A stretch of 64,000 bases of DNA from a virus. Location: IMG/VR virus record IMGVR_UViG_3300045988_068751. One strand, written 5' to 3'. The first letter of the stretch is position 1; the number at the start of each line of letters is the position of its first letter. The notes under the pieces were generated by a model. That model ran no database searches. It saw nothing but the letters and a program-made list of their open reading frames with translations, and was not told the DNA's origin. The position numbers and the translations under genes are program-made. Shown here in pieces: positions 55,116 to 64,000 of the stretch.

Positions 55116-55292
55116 ATGGCTTCACGTAAGAAAGGTACGGCACCTCATAAGCCGAAGAAGGTGTATGAATCTGTTAAGTTAATGAATTGTGCAAGGTGTG
55201 GTAGAGATACTACTCACACGCTGTTCGATTATGACAACAGGCTTTATAAATGTAATGTCTGTGGGGCAGTTTATACCAAACGTGGTAAATAA
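55116..55292 (+). CDS. small zinc-ribbon protein (58 aa; CARCG...CNVCG)
   Basis: manual ORF below track cutoff. Confidence 0.35.
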   Translation: MASRKKGTAPHKPKKVYESVKLMNCARCGRDTTHTLFDYDNRLYKCNVCGAVYTKRGK

Positions 55293-55322
55293 CTAATATT
55301 TAACTCATTAAACTTATCAGTA

Positions 55323-55781
55323 ATGAAGAAGGAAACTATCAAAGAGACTCCAGAGGAGAGATTCAAAAGACTAAGAATCAAGGATTTGACCGATGATGCT
55401 TTCATGGTGGCAGAGCATTTAAGACAGCCATCTGTAACACCACGTGACCCAAGTGTGTGGAGTAAAACTCCTAAAGAACGTAAGTTGTGGAAACGCTATA
55501 GACGATTCCCCGCTCCAAGTTATCAATGGCCGGCTCCTGCCAAATCTATTCCTATTCCTGGAACTCTGGTCGTGTATGTAAAGGGTGGTAACTTTACTAC
55601 TGGTAAAATGAATCCAAAGACCAACAAACCTATACCAAAGAACACATTTAGCCATAAATGTATTCAATCTGACATCCCTTTCTTATTAAGTAAATATAAG
55701 ACAGAGAAGTCCCAGGTTACTAAATATTCTTGGAATGGCAAAACCTACGCCCCCGACTGTCTACCATTCTGGGGACGTTAA
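55323..55781 (+). CDS. hypothetical basic protein
   Basis: ORF track. Confidence 0.5.
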   Translation: MKKETIKETPEERFKRLRIKDLTDDAFMVAEHLRQPSVTPRDPSVWSKTPKERKLWKRYRRFPAPSYQWPAPAKSIPIPGTLVVYVKGGNFTTGKMNPKTNKPIPKNTFSHKCIQSDIPFLLSKYKTEKSQVTKYSWNGKTYAPDCLPFWGR

Positions 55782-56086
55782 ACTAACAGTATATCCTTCC
55801 TTTCTATATGAAGTACAACTATACCTCATTAGGAAGGATAGGGTAGAATGTGTAGGTTCTAAGTTCTATACTACTGATAAGCCTATTAAGGTAAGGGAAT
55901 CGCAGTTTATTAAAGTCGACGATGAGATTACATGTGCTAAGTATATTACTTGGCTAGCAGCTCCCCTAGATTATTTAATGAACAACAATTTTAAAGTGTT
56001 AGAACGTGAGAATGCTAGACAAAGACGGAAATCCAATACAGGAGAAGACAAGCGAAGGAGTTCAAACCGTAGGCGCTGAACCTACT

Positions 56087-56647
56087 ATGAAGTATACAGA
56101 GCAGGTGATTGATAAGTCTAGACGTGTTTGCCCACTATCAACTGTAATGGTTGAGATGTTGGTAAAACAGATGTCAGCCGAACTTGCCAACCATGCTCTG
56201 TATATGACCTTTGCCAATTACTTTGAAGTAGAGGGTTTACCAAAGCTAGGTATTTACTGGAGAGGTCGTGCTAGGGAAGAATATTTGCATCATTCTTGGA
56301 TATTTGAATATCTAACCACTAACGATGCTCTGTTCCAATATCCGCCTGTTCCAGCCATTAATGTTGAAATCACTGATAGAGTCATGCCCTTTGCTGCCAC
56401 AGTAGATAGGGAGATTGAGACTACTCGTGGTATTAATAAGATTGTAGACCAAGCTCAAAAAGAGAGTGATTGGGCTACATTCCAATGGTTGAATGGAGAG
56501 GATGAGGATGAAGGTATGTTAGTTAAAGAGCAAGTAGAAGAAGAATCTATTAGTCGTACTATTCTTGATATGGCTAAAGAACAGGCTACTTGGCTTCGTA
56601 AAGAGAATGCAATACTTGATTTCTATAATGGTCTAGGTCGCAAGTAA
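56087..56647 (+). CDS. ferritin-like diiron-carboxylate protein (start taken at MKYTEQ within track ORF 56006..56647)
   Basis: ELANHALYMTFANYFEVEGLPKLGIYWRGRAREEYLHHSWIFEYL resembles the ferritin helix A/B pattern with E..H. Confidence 0.45.
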   Translation: MKYTEQVIDKSRRVCPLSTVMVEMLVKQMSAELANHALYMTFANYFEVEGLPKLGIYWRGRAREEYLHHSWIFEYLTTNDALFQYPPVPAINVEITDRVMPFAATVDREIETTRGINKIVDQAQKESDWATFQWLNGEDEDEGMLVKEQVEEESISRTILDMAKEQATWLRKENAILDFYNGLGRK

Positions 56648-56711
56648 TTGCCTATAATCAGATTAACTTATCTAAAGAGATTACATTTGGAAACATTTAA
56701 TCTACAAGTTT

Positions 56712-57239
56712 ATGAAAGAAAGAGTTGAGTATAGAGTTGACAGTTTTGTTGATTTTACTGGCATGGAACGTAAGTTCGTAATGGTTGCATTGTCACAAGA
56801 AGTATGTGCTGAAATTGACCCAGATACAGAGAACTGGGATGAAGATGCACTCTTAAGTGATAAATGTCTGTCTATTGGCGTATCTGTATGTCAACCAGAA
56901 GATGAGTTTGATGAGAATATGGGAGTTCAAATAGCTCTTGGTAAGGCTCGTAAACTACATAATCATGCTCTGTACAGTACTGACCCCGGATTGATTAACC
57001 GTGGTGTAGTTAATGCTCTTCTTGACCAGGAAGTAGCATTCTTCAAACAATGCCCTGGCAAGTATCTGAAAGGATATGATACAGCTAAGGCTATCTATGA
57101 AGAAGGACGTAAAATGGTTGAACTAGAAGCATCACTATCTGATGAAGAACGTACATGCTTGGATACCTTATTAACTTCTAAGAATGATAGAGTGGATGTT
57201 ATCTATGATATCTATAACTACTATCAGTCTCAGAAATGA
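56712..57239 (+). CDS. hypothetical protein
   Basis: ORF track. Confidence 0.5.
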   Translation: MKERVEYRVDSFVDFTGMERKFVMVALSQEVCAEIDPDTENWDEDALLSDKCLSIGVSVCQPEDEFDENMGVQIALGKARKLHNHALYSTDPGLINRGVVNALLDQEVAFFKQCPGKYLKGYDTAKAIYEEGRKMVELEASLSDEERTCLDTLLTSKNDRVDVIYDIYNYYQSQK

Positions 57240-57553
57240 AATTTAAGGATGCTTTCGTTGGAGGTGTGATTGCTGCTGCTATATGCCTTGGTATAGCATG
57301 GGCTTGCAAGGATAGAAACACAGTAGTTATTCCTGACAACACTAAATATGAGCAAGCTATAGACTCGCTCAATAAGGAAGTAAGGAAGTTAGAAATTACT
57401 AACGACAGTCTAATTAGTGTCATTACCAATTCTAAAGGTAAGATAGACACTATTAATAATTGGTATGAAAAGGAGCTTATTGATATTACTAATCAGTCTA
57501 TTGCCGCTGATGCATCTTTCTTCGCAGAATATGTATCCCAAGCTGGTAGATGA
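57236..57553 (+). CDS. hypothetical membrane-anchored protein
   Basis: ORF track. Confidence 0.4.
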   Translation: MKFKDAFVGGVIAAAICLGIAWACKDRNTVVIPDNTKYEQAIDSLNKEVRKLEITNDSLISVITNSKGKIDTINNWYEKELIDITNQSIAADASFFAEYVSQAGR

Positions 57554-57878
57554 CTCTTTAGTTGTGATTACTCCACAGCAATTAAAGGCTAGTAACCTTA
57601 TATTTCTGGAGCATAAGAAGCTTAAGCTAGAGAGGTTTGAACTCAATAAACAGCTTACATCTTATGAATTACTAACTGCTAACTATGCTAAAACTGATAG
57701 TATAAGACTTCAACAACTAGCACGAGCAGAATTGCAAATGCAGATGTATGATGAAGCTATTAGTAAGCAACGGGAGCAGATAGCTAAGATGAACAAAAAG
57801 AACAAGAGATTAACTACATTGTCAATAGGAGGATTTGCTATCAGTGTAGGCTTATTATTAGCCTTACTGATTAAATAG
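57465..57878 (+). CDS. hypothetical protein with signal-like N-terminus, coiled-coil and C-terminal TM (overlaps the previous ORF)
   Basis: ORF track. Confidence 0.4.
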   Translation: MKRSLLILLISLLPLMHLSSQNMYPKLVDDSLVVITPQQLKASNLIFLEHKKLKLERFELNKQLTSYELLTANYAKTDSIRLQQLARAELQMQMYDEAISKQREQIAKMNKKNKRLTTLSIGGFAISVGLLLALLIK

Positions 57879-57907
57879 CAAATTCTTGGCAAACTACTAT
57901 TCGGAAC

Positions 57908-58114
57908 ATGGCGAACAAACTATCTGACAGTTTTGATAAGGACAGAGATGGAGTAAAGTACAAATATCCCGAGAGAACTTGCAAAGACTGTTCTAGATAT
58001 CCCTGTTTCAGAGGTATTGAGCGCAGTGTTTGTGATTTCGCCAAGTATGGTTGTGTGCATTATAAAGACGGTGGGGTTAATAAACGACAAAATGAGCTGG
58101 TGGGCTCGGAATGA
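57908..58114 (+). CDS. small Cys-rich protein
   Basis: ORF track. Confidence 0.4.
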   Translation: MANKLSDSFDKDRDGVKYKYPERTCKDCSRYPCFRGIERSVCDFAKYGCVHYKDGGVNKRQNELVGSE

Positions 58115-58416
58115 TGATTCAATATACCATACGCGTTGAATTACTAGCTAGTAAGGAAGATGCTGGTGGCTATATAGTCTATGCATTCAAAGATTTGTCA
58201 AACGGCACATATAAAATGTGTACCCGATGTCCTAACTGGGAAGGTCCATTCTTAAGAGTTGGTGACATCGGGTATTTGAAATGTAAGGAAGTATATGCAG
58301 GGGAAGACACATGGTATAATCCCATCACTGACTCCTTTGAGAAGTATAAATATACCGATATATATTTCGAAGACTTTGTTTATGAGAAACCACCAGAAGG
58401 TGAGATTATACTGTAA
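58111..58416 (+). CDS. hypothetical protein
   Basis: ORF track. Confidence 0.45.
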   Translation: MMIQYTIRVELLASKEDAGGYIVYAFKDLSNGTYKMCTRCPNWEGPFLRVGDIGYLKCKEVYAGEDTWYNPITDSFEKYKYTDIYFEDFVYEKPPEGEIIL

Positions 58417-58472
58417 AAGATTATCTAAATTAACGAGATTAGACCATTATCTAAAATTAATATGATATATCT

Positions 58473-59315
58473 ATGTTCAGAGAGAAATTGGCATCAGCTA
58501 TCGATAGAAAGAATAATGACATCAACTCTTTCATTTGGAAGGGTCGTAAGCAAGAAGTAAATGGAGCTTTAGTACAAGAGGAGAAACGCTTGGTTGATTG
58601 TACTGAAGAAGAACTTCGTAATTTCTATGCACATTGTGATTCTATGCTCTATAATACTAACAAGGACTATCCTGGTCGTTATGTTCTATTGGACATTATT
58701 AAAGACCAGCGTCAGCGTTGTAACGCAGAATTGTTCTTGCGCTGGTTAGAACAGGAGCAGCATATGCCAAGGTTTAAGTTCCTAGAGGCTTTAGTCTCTT
58801 TCTTGGATATTAATAAGGACGGTATAGACCCGAAAGAGTACCCAATCGAAGGAACTATGTGCGGCTGTCCTAAAGAGTTTGGAGACATTCCAACAGAGAC
58901 AGTACGCGAAGGTTGTTTGGACAGACTGGGAAAGTTCAACAAACAACACATTACTCTTACATTTATTCTCAAGCAAGGTCTATGGTTCACTGCTCAAGAG
59001 AGCAAGGATTTAGTGGAGAAAGACCCTAAGACAGGTCAGATAAGAGATAAGATTGAAGTGGCGAAGGAAAGACTAGGTCTGAAGCCCACAATGCCTCTTT
59101 ATGTTACTCCTAAAGGACTTAGCTATTCACAGCTTCGTTCTATGGTTAATTTGAAGAGTAAGAAGTATACAGAACTAACTACTGACCAATTAAAGGTTCT
59201 TAGAAATAGAATCTTGTATTCTTTGGAAGATGAAGTGAAGTTCCATATATCTCAGTGGGAAACTCGCAAGAACCAAATTAAATTAGTATGTGATGCTAAA
59301 GGCTATACTTTATAA
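58473..59315 (+). CDS. hypothetical protein (280 aa)
   Basis: ORF track. Confidence 0.55.
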   Translation: MFREKLASAIDRKNNDINSFIWKGRKQEVNGALVQEEKRLVDCTEEELRNFYAHCDSMLYNTNKDYPGRYVLLDIIKDQRQRCNAELFLRWLEQEQHMPRFKFLEALVSFLDINKDGIDPKEYPIEGTMCGCPKEFGDIPTETVREGCLDRLGKFNKQHITLTFILKQGLWFTAQESKDLVEKDPKTGQIRDKIEVAKERLGLKPTMPLYVTPKGLSYSQLRSMVNLKSKKYTELTTDQLKVLRNRILYSLEDEVKFHISQWETRKNQIKLVCDAKGYTL

Positions 59316-59469
59316 TGTGCTCTGGATGCTGACCACAGTTAATCCAGATTACTATGTAGTAGGTATAAGCTACTTAACGTAACTTGTGAGAATTTACTAA
59401 TATTAAAATAACAGGGTTCAAGGTAATAGATTCAAATGAGTTATTAATTAAGGGCTTAGCCTATAACAA

Positions 59470-60744
59470 GTGGCAGACTTATTCGGAAACGTAAGCAGAG
59501 ATGAACGCCAAGCAATTGGTGTTCAACGTTGGGTAGATAATAAGTTGCGTGGTTCTTTAGTCTATTGTACCGGTTTCGGTAAGACTAGAACTGCCATTAT
59601 GTGTATGAAAAGATTCTTGGCTAAGAATCCTGGTAGAAGAATTATAATAGTAGTACCTACTGATGCACTACAGAGACAATGGCTTAGTGATTTAACAGAG
59701 CAGCAAGTCCCAATAGTGTACGAGGTACTAATAATAAACTCTGTTGTGAAACATGAGTGGACATGTGATTTGCTAGTACTTGATGAATGTCATAAATATG
59801 CTTCCGACCTGTTTGGAAAGGTATTTGAAGTAGTCAAGTATAAAATAATTCTAGGTTTAACTGCAACTATGGAACGACTAGACGGTAAGGATAGTTATAT
59901 CAAGAAGTATTGTCCAGTAGTTGATAGAGTAGATGTTAGTGAAGCTACTGCTAGAGGCTGGTTATCTCCTTATAGGGAATACAAAGTCATGGTAGAAGTA
60001 GACAATCTAGACAAATACTATGAGTTAAATAGAGAGTTTTATGAGCATTTTGCTTTCTTCGGTCATGATTTTACACTTGCTATAGCTTGTGCTACTAAAT
60101 GGCAGAAGAGAATTGAGCTAGCTAAAACCATGCTTCCCGACTTTGACAAGAAACCAGATGAATGGAAAGCTCTTAATAAGACCATTCTAATTCATGCTAT
60201 GGGTTTCAATAGGACTTTACAGGCAAGGAAGAAGTTCATTTATGAACATCCTAAAAAGATAGAACTTACAAATATGATACTTGAGCATAGGCAAGACAAG
60301 AAATGTATTACTTTTAGTAAGACAATCAAGATTGCCGAACAAATCAAGTATGGTAAGGTACTATCTAGTAAGGAAACTAAGAAGAAGGGAAGGATGACTT
60401 TAGAGGAGTTTAAATCAGCATCTGTGGGAGTACTTAATACTTCTAAGATGTTAGATGAAGGAGCTGACATACCAGGACTGTCAGTAGCCGTTATTCTTGG
60501 ATATGATTCCAGTCCTACGTCTAAGACGCAGAGAATAGGTAGAGTTATTAGAAAGGCAGAGAATAAAGTAGCGGAAGTCTTTACTTTAGTAATCAAGGGA
60601 ACCGTTGAAGAAGAATGGTTTCGCAAGAGTACTGGTAGTAAGGATTATATCACTATAGCCGATTCTGATTTATTAAATCTACTAGAAGGGCGAGAATTTA
60701 CTCCTAAGAAGAACAAAGAAACTAAAATGATATTTAGGTTCTAA
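59470..60744 (+). CDS. SF2 DEAD/DEAH-box-type helicase
   Basis: Walker A YCTGFGKTRTA, motif II VLDECH, motif III TATMER, C-terminal helicase domain motifs (GADIPGLSVAV, QRIGRVIR). Confidence 0.7.
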   Translation: MADLFGNVSRDERQAIGVQRWVDNKLRGSLVYCTGFGKTRTAIMCMKRFLAKNPGRRIIIVVPTDALQRQWLSDLTEQQVPIVYEVLIINSVVKHEWTCDLLVLDECHKYASDLFGKVFEVVKYKIILGLTATMERLDGKDSYIKKYCPVVDRVDVSEATARGWLSPYREYKVMVEVDNLDKYYELNREFYEHFAFFGHDFTLAIACATKWQKRIELAKTMLPDFDKKPDEWKALNKTILIHAMGFNRTLQARKKFIYEHPKKIELTNMILEHRQDKKCITFSKTIKIAEQIKYGKVLSSKETKKKGRMTLEEFKSASVGVLNTSKMLDEGADIPGLSVAVILGYDSSPTSKTQRIGRVIRKAENKVAEVFTLVIKGTVEEEWFRKSTGSKDYITIADSDLLNLLEGREFTPKKNKETKMIFRF

Positions 60745-60944
60745 TGTTTAGAGTGTTATATTGCAACATAGGTGCTGAAGGGCAGCCTGATAGAACTTCA
60801 ACAGTATCTACTGATGTTGATGCTGTTAAGCTATTAGAGCTGTTAGAGAAGCATTCAGAGCATCGTATTTGCATGATGTCTGTGCATTTAGAGCGTAGCC
60901 CTCTAGATGTGCAAAGTCTTATTACGAGCCTGAAATTTAAGTAG
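60744..60944 (+). CDS. hypothetical small protein
   Basis: ORF track. Confidence 0.4.
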   Translation: MFRVLYCNIGAEGQPDRTSTVSTDVDAVKLLELLEKHSEHRICMMSVHLERSPLDVQSLITSLKFK

Positions 60945-61004
60945 ATTCGTTTTGAAATGTAACAAGATTATCGTATCTTTGTAATCCTTAACGGTCAAAA
61001 TTAC

Positions 61005-61229
61005 ATGACAACTGAAAGATTGCTTGAACTTGTAATGCTTACTAACACGTTTGATAGTATCATTCATGCTAGTGGTGTCAACGAAAACGGTGAAATTGAA
61101 TTTGAAGGTGGAATCTATGACGTCAAGGCTATGGTAGCAAGGCAGACAGAACTCTTTAAAGAGTTTATAGCTCCTTACGAAGTAGCAGGCGAAGCTTATG
61201 TGATTGAGGACACTGAGAAATCAGAATAA
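61005..61229 (+). CDS. hypothetical small acidic protein
   Basis: ORF track. Confidence 0.45.
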   Translation: MTTERLLELVMLTNTFDSIIHASGVNENGEIEFEGGIYDVKAMVARQTELFKEFIAPYEVAGEAYVIEDTEKSE

Positions 61230-61282
61230 CAAAGTATCACAGCTGATAGATTAGTAAGTTATTTACTTATTAATCAATACGC

Positions 61283-61906
61283 TTGGAGAAATTAAGTTTA
61301 ACAATAGAGAATCAGTTGTTAATAATGGAGCAGTATAGGCTTACTGCTGAGGAGTTGTTAATGATTGAGTTGCTATTCTTGGCACAACCAGAAGAGGGAC
61401 ATAAAGACTCCCTCATCCGATATCTGGGAATGCCAATAACTAAAACCCGCCTTAGAGACGTATTATTAAGTCTACAGGTGAAGGGAGTCATTACTAAGAA
61501 GTATAAAATTCCCGCAGAGGGTCAGACGTTTGACCCTGAATCTGTAATCTTTAATGAAAACTTCATTAAGAATTATAGAAAGTATTCCGGAGACCTGGGA
61601 GGAGAGTTCTGGGAAGCATACCCAGATATTGTCATTATTAATGGTAGGGAGTATAGTTTAAAGAACTGGTCTAAGAAGTTTAACACTTTGGAAGATATGT
61701 TCTTTAGATATGGCAAGAATATAGGATGGAAACTTGAGAATCATAAAAGGGTGATAGAGTTAGTCAATTGGGCTAAACAGAACAAATGTAATCTGATAAA
61801 CGTCAATATTGCTGACTTTATAATGTCTAAGGCTTGGGAAGGCATCGAGAAGTTTAAAGATGGAACATATGAAGAATTAGTGTTTGATACTATGACGGAA
61901 CTATGA
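61283..61906 (+). CDS. hypothetical protein (possible helicase loader / replication accessory, by position)
   Basis: ORF track; ATGA overlap with the downstream helicase. Confidence 0.45.
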   Translation: MEKLSLTIENQLLIMEQYRLTAEELLMIELLFLAQPEEGHKDSLIRYLGMPITKTRLRDVLLSLQVKGVITKKYKIPAEGQTFDPESVIFNENFIKNYRKYSGDLGGEFWEAYPDIVIINGREYSLKNWSKKFNTLEDMFFRYGKNIGWKLENHKRVIELVNWAKQNKCNLINVNIADFIMSKAWEGIEKFKDGTYEELVFDTMTEL

Positions 61907-62994
61907 CATATACTAGCAGACTAATCGAACTTATCAAAAGAGGTAGAGAAGGTGACAATCAAGGGTTATCACTTGGAATGCCTAAGCTGGAGCATATAAT
62001 TGACGGATTAACTCAAGAGACCTATTACCTGATTGCCGCAGGAACTGGTAACGGTAAGACTAGTTTCGTGCTTCACTCCTTTATATATAAGGCTCTACTG
62101 GACTCTGATTCTGATAAGGATGTTCAGTTTATTATATTCTCTTTGGAGATGAGTGCTGAGCAGTTACTTGCTAAATTGCTCTCTCTTCATATATATGAGA
62201 CATATGGTAAACAAATATCTTTTAAAGAGTTATTGTCTAGAGGCAAGGACTCTACACTCTCTAATGAGGATTATGAGTTAGTACAGGAATGTATTCCATG
62301 GCTAGAATCTATAGAGGACAGACTAATAATACATGACGGCACTCTCAATTCAGAGAAGTATAAGTCTCTAATCATAGAGGATTTAAAGAAATTTGGAACC
62401 TTTGTTGATGAAGATACTTATGAACTTAATAATCCGAAACAAATTATCGCAGTAATTACTGACCACTTAGGCTTAGTGAGACCACAGTTGGGTCGTAGCA
62501 AGAAAGAGGAGATTGATACAATATCGGCATATGGTGTCTCATTTAGAAATAAATGTAAGATATCTCCAATCAATATTATGCAGTTCAATAGAAATGCTAA
62601 TAATGCAGAACGACTAAAACAAGGCTTGCAAGAACCTGATTTGTCAGATTTAAAAGAGAGTGGTTCTCCGAGTGAGGATGCCAATGTAGTATTGGTATTA
62701 TTTAATCCATTTAGAAGCAAATTGTCTACATATAGAGGATATTGCATTAAAGAGCTAAAGGATGGTTTCAGGTCATTATTGGTTCTTAAGAATAGATTTG
62801 GTGCGTCTGATGTAGCCATTGGTGTAGGATTTTATGGTAGATGCGGTATCTTTAAAGAGCTTCCGTCTGCGTCTGAAATCAATGATTATGACAAGTATAA
62901 GAATCCAGATTGGACTATTATTGATTTCCCAGACAGGGAAGTCGAGATAGAACGAACTAAGAAAGATGATTTACGCGTAACCATAACATTATGA
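61903..62994 (+). CDS. DnaB-like replicative helicase C-terminal (RecA-fold) domain protein
   Basis: Walker A LIAAGTGNGKTSF, Walker B IAVITDHLGL, LVLKNRFGA resembles the DnaB KNRNG motif. Confidence 0.65.
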   Translation: MTYTSRLIELIKRGREGDNQGLSLGMPKLEHIIDGLTQETYYLIAAGTGNGKTSFVLHSFIYKALLDSDSDKDVQFIIFSLEMSAEQLLAKLLSLHIYETYGKQISFKELLSRGKDSTLSNEDYELVQECIPWLESIEDRLIIHDGTLNSEKYKSLIIEDLKKFGTFVDEDTYELNNPKQIIAVITDHLGLVRPQLGRSKKEEIDTISAYGVSFRNKCKISPINIMQFNRNANNAERLKQGLQEPDLSDLKESGSPSEDANVVLVLFNPFRSKLSTYRGYCIKELKDGFRSLLVLKNRFGASDVAIGVGFYGRCGIFKELPSASEINDYDKYKNPDWTIIDFPDREVEIERTKKDDLRVTITL

Positions 62995-62998
62995 TTTA

Positions 62999-63691
62999 AT
63001 GAGCCAAATTATAGGACTTGGAGGATTTTCGGGAAGTGGTAAGTCTAGTTCCCTACAGTATTTAAACCCAAAGGAGACATTTATCATTAGCTGTACTCCT
63101 AAACAATTATCAATTCCAGGATTTAGGAAGAATTACAAGAAGCTAACTCAGGACAAAGACAAGAACTATGTTGGAAATTGGTATTTCAGCAATGAATTTG
63201 CCAAAGTGATGAACATCATGAATGTAGTTAATGTTAAAATGCCAGAGATTAAGGTCTTAGTAATTGACGATAGTAATTATCTTCTTTCACAAGAGGTGAT
63301 GTCTAGAAGTGCGGAGAAAGGATATGATAAGCATATTGACTTTGCAAAGCACTATTATGATTTAATAATGAAAGCTATGACTCTTAGAGAGGATTTAATT
63401 GTAGTGTTCATATCTCATATTGTAAATGACGGTAACGACTATGACCCTAAATATAAGTTATTTACTACTGGAAAGATGTTGGATAGGTCTGTTAATATAG
63501 ATGGACTGTTTAATTATTTGCTGTATGCAGAGAAGATTGTAAATGATGAAGAGGTTGACTATAAATTCAGAACAAGGTCACTTGGTCCAGATACTTGTAG
63601 AAGTACCGCAGGATGTTTCCCAGATTTATATGTTGAACCTAATATGAAGATGGTGATTGACACAATCAATAAATTTGAATACGGAGAATGA
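62999..63691 (+). CDS. P-loop ATPase (AAA_24 / Sak4-like recombination ATPase candidate)
   Basis: Walker A IGLGGFSGSGKSS near the N-terminus, Walker B VLVIDDSNYLL. Confidence 0.55.
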   Translation: MSQIIGLGGFSGSGKSSSLQYLNPKETFIISCTPKQLSIPGFRKNYKKLTQDKDKNYVGNWYFSNEFAKVMNIMNVVNVKMPEIKVLVIDDSNYLLSQEVMSRSAEKGYDKHIDFAKHYYDLIMKAMTLREDLIVVFISHIVNDGNDYDPKYKLFTTGKMLDRSVNIDGLFNYLLYAEKIVNDEEVDYKFRTRSLGPDTCRSTAGCFPDLYVEPNMKMVIDTINKFEYGE

Positions 63692-64000
63692 TAGTTAAAA
63701 TGCTGTTAACTTTGGACTTTGACCCAGCTACTGGAGAGTATAAATCTCTAAAGCAGGAAATTGTCAAAGAAGAAGTAAAGACTAGAACAGTCAAGGAAGA
63801 GGTTCCAGAGACATCTGAACCGCAAATTACCCTAGACCCTAACAAGTACATACTTAATAAAGCAGCTGCCCAATTAATGGGAGTTGCTTGGGAAGATAGA
63901 CTTAGTATTAAATATCAGAAAATTGACGGAATCACTTTCCCCGTTATAGGAACTGATGAAGCCTTTGGAACCAAAGGTGGAAACAAACTTACTAAGAGTC
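63690..64000 (+). CDS. 3'-truncated ORF at window end (MIVKMLLTLDFDPATGEYKSLKQEIVKEEVK...)
   Basis: manual: open frame to the end of the window. Confidence 0.35.

Overview
This window reads as a 64-kb stretch of a large, AT-rich (~36% GC) tailed dsDNA phage genome with an exceptionally rich non-coding RNA content. Layout:
- 1-6.8 kb: virion/lysis module on the + strand. It includes a 1246-aa protein with a glucosaminidase (peptidoglycan hydrolase) motif. It ends at a bidirectional terminator.
- 7.0-11.9 kb: a block of small, unannotatable genes on the minus strand.
- 11.9-12.5 kb: a divergent control region with 4 x 14-bp iterons and GC-rich hairpins.
- 12.5-18.4 kb: small early-type genes, five of them preceded by a conserved 21-nt promoter-like motif (ACCTCACAnnGTATAGGTAA-like). 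This stretch also holds a ParB-like gene and a canonical type-I hammerhead ribozyme at 17486-17561.
- 18.4-52.8 kb: a dispersed tRNA island with about 27 tRNA genes and two tRNA-like elements. It contains a tRNA with a CUA (amber-suppressor) anticodon, three CAU tRNAs, several type-II tRNAs and a putative tmRNA (19056-19574).
- Genes interleaved with the tRNAs: two HNH homing endonucleases, an NfeD-flotillin (SPFH) pair, a vWA protein, a short adenylosuccinate-synthetase-like (PurA/PurZ-like) protein, a classical AAA ATPase, a bL12-CTD-like protein, an S24 peptidase, RNase H, a three-member paralog family, bactofilin-like and ferritin-like proteins.
- 59-64 kb: replication genes (SF2 helicase, DnaB-like helicase, P-loop ATPase).
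The most unusual observations are:
- Five copies of a covarying, pseudoknot-capable leader element placed immediately 5' of tRNA genes.
- A hairpin family with a conserved 16-nt loop placed 3' of tRNAs.
- Four G8-G9 homopolymer tracts, statistically improbable in this AT-rich DNA. One of them splits a gene so that a 1-nt length change (or -1 frameshifting) would fuse it.
- Evidence for TAG read-through: a same-frame ORF pair separated by a single TAG, and a TAG followed by a 44-codon open hydrophobic extension. This fits the encoded CUA-anticodon tRNA.
All calls are from manual reading of the sequence and ORF track. No database search or folding program was run.
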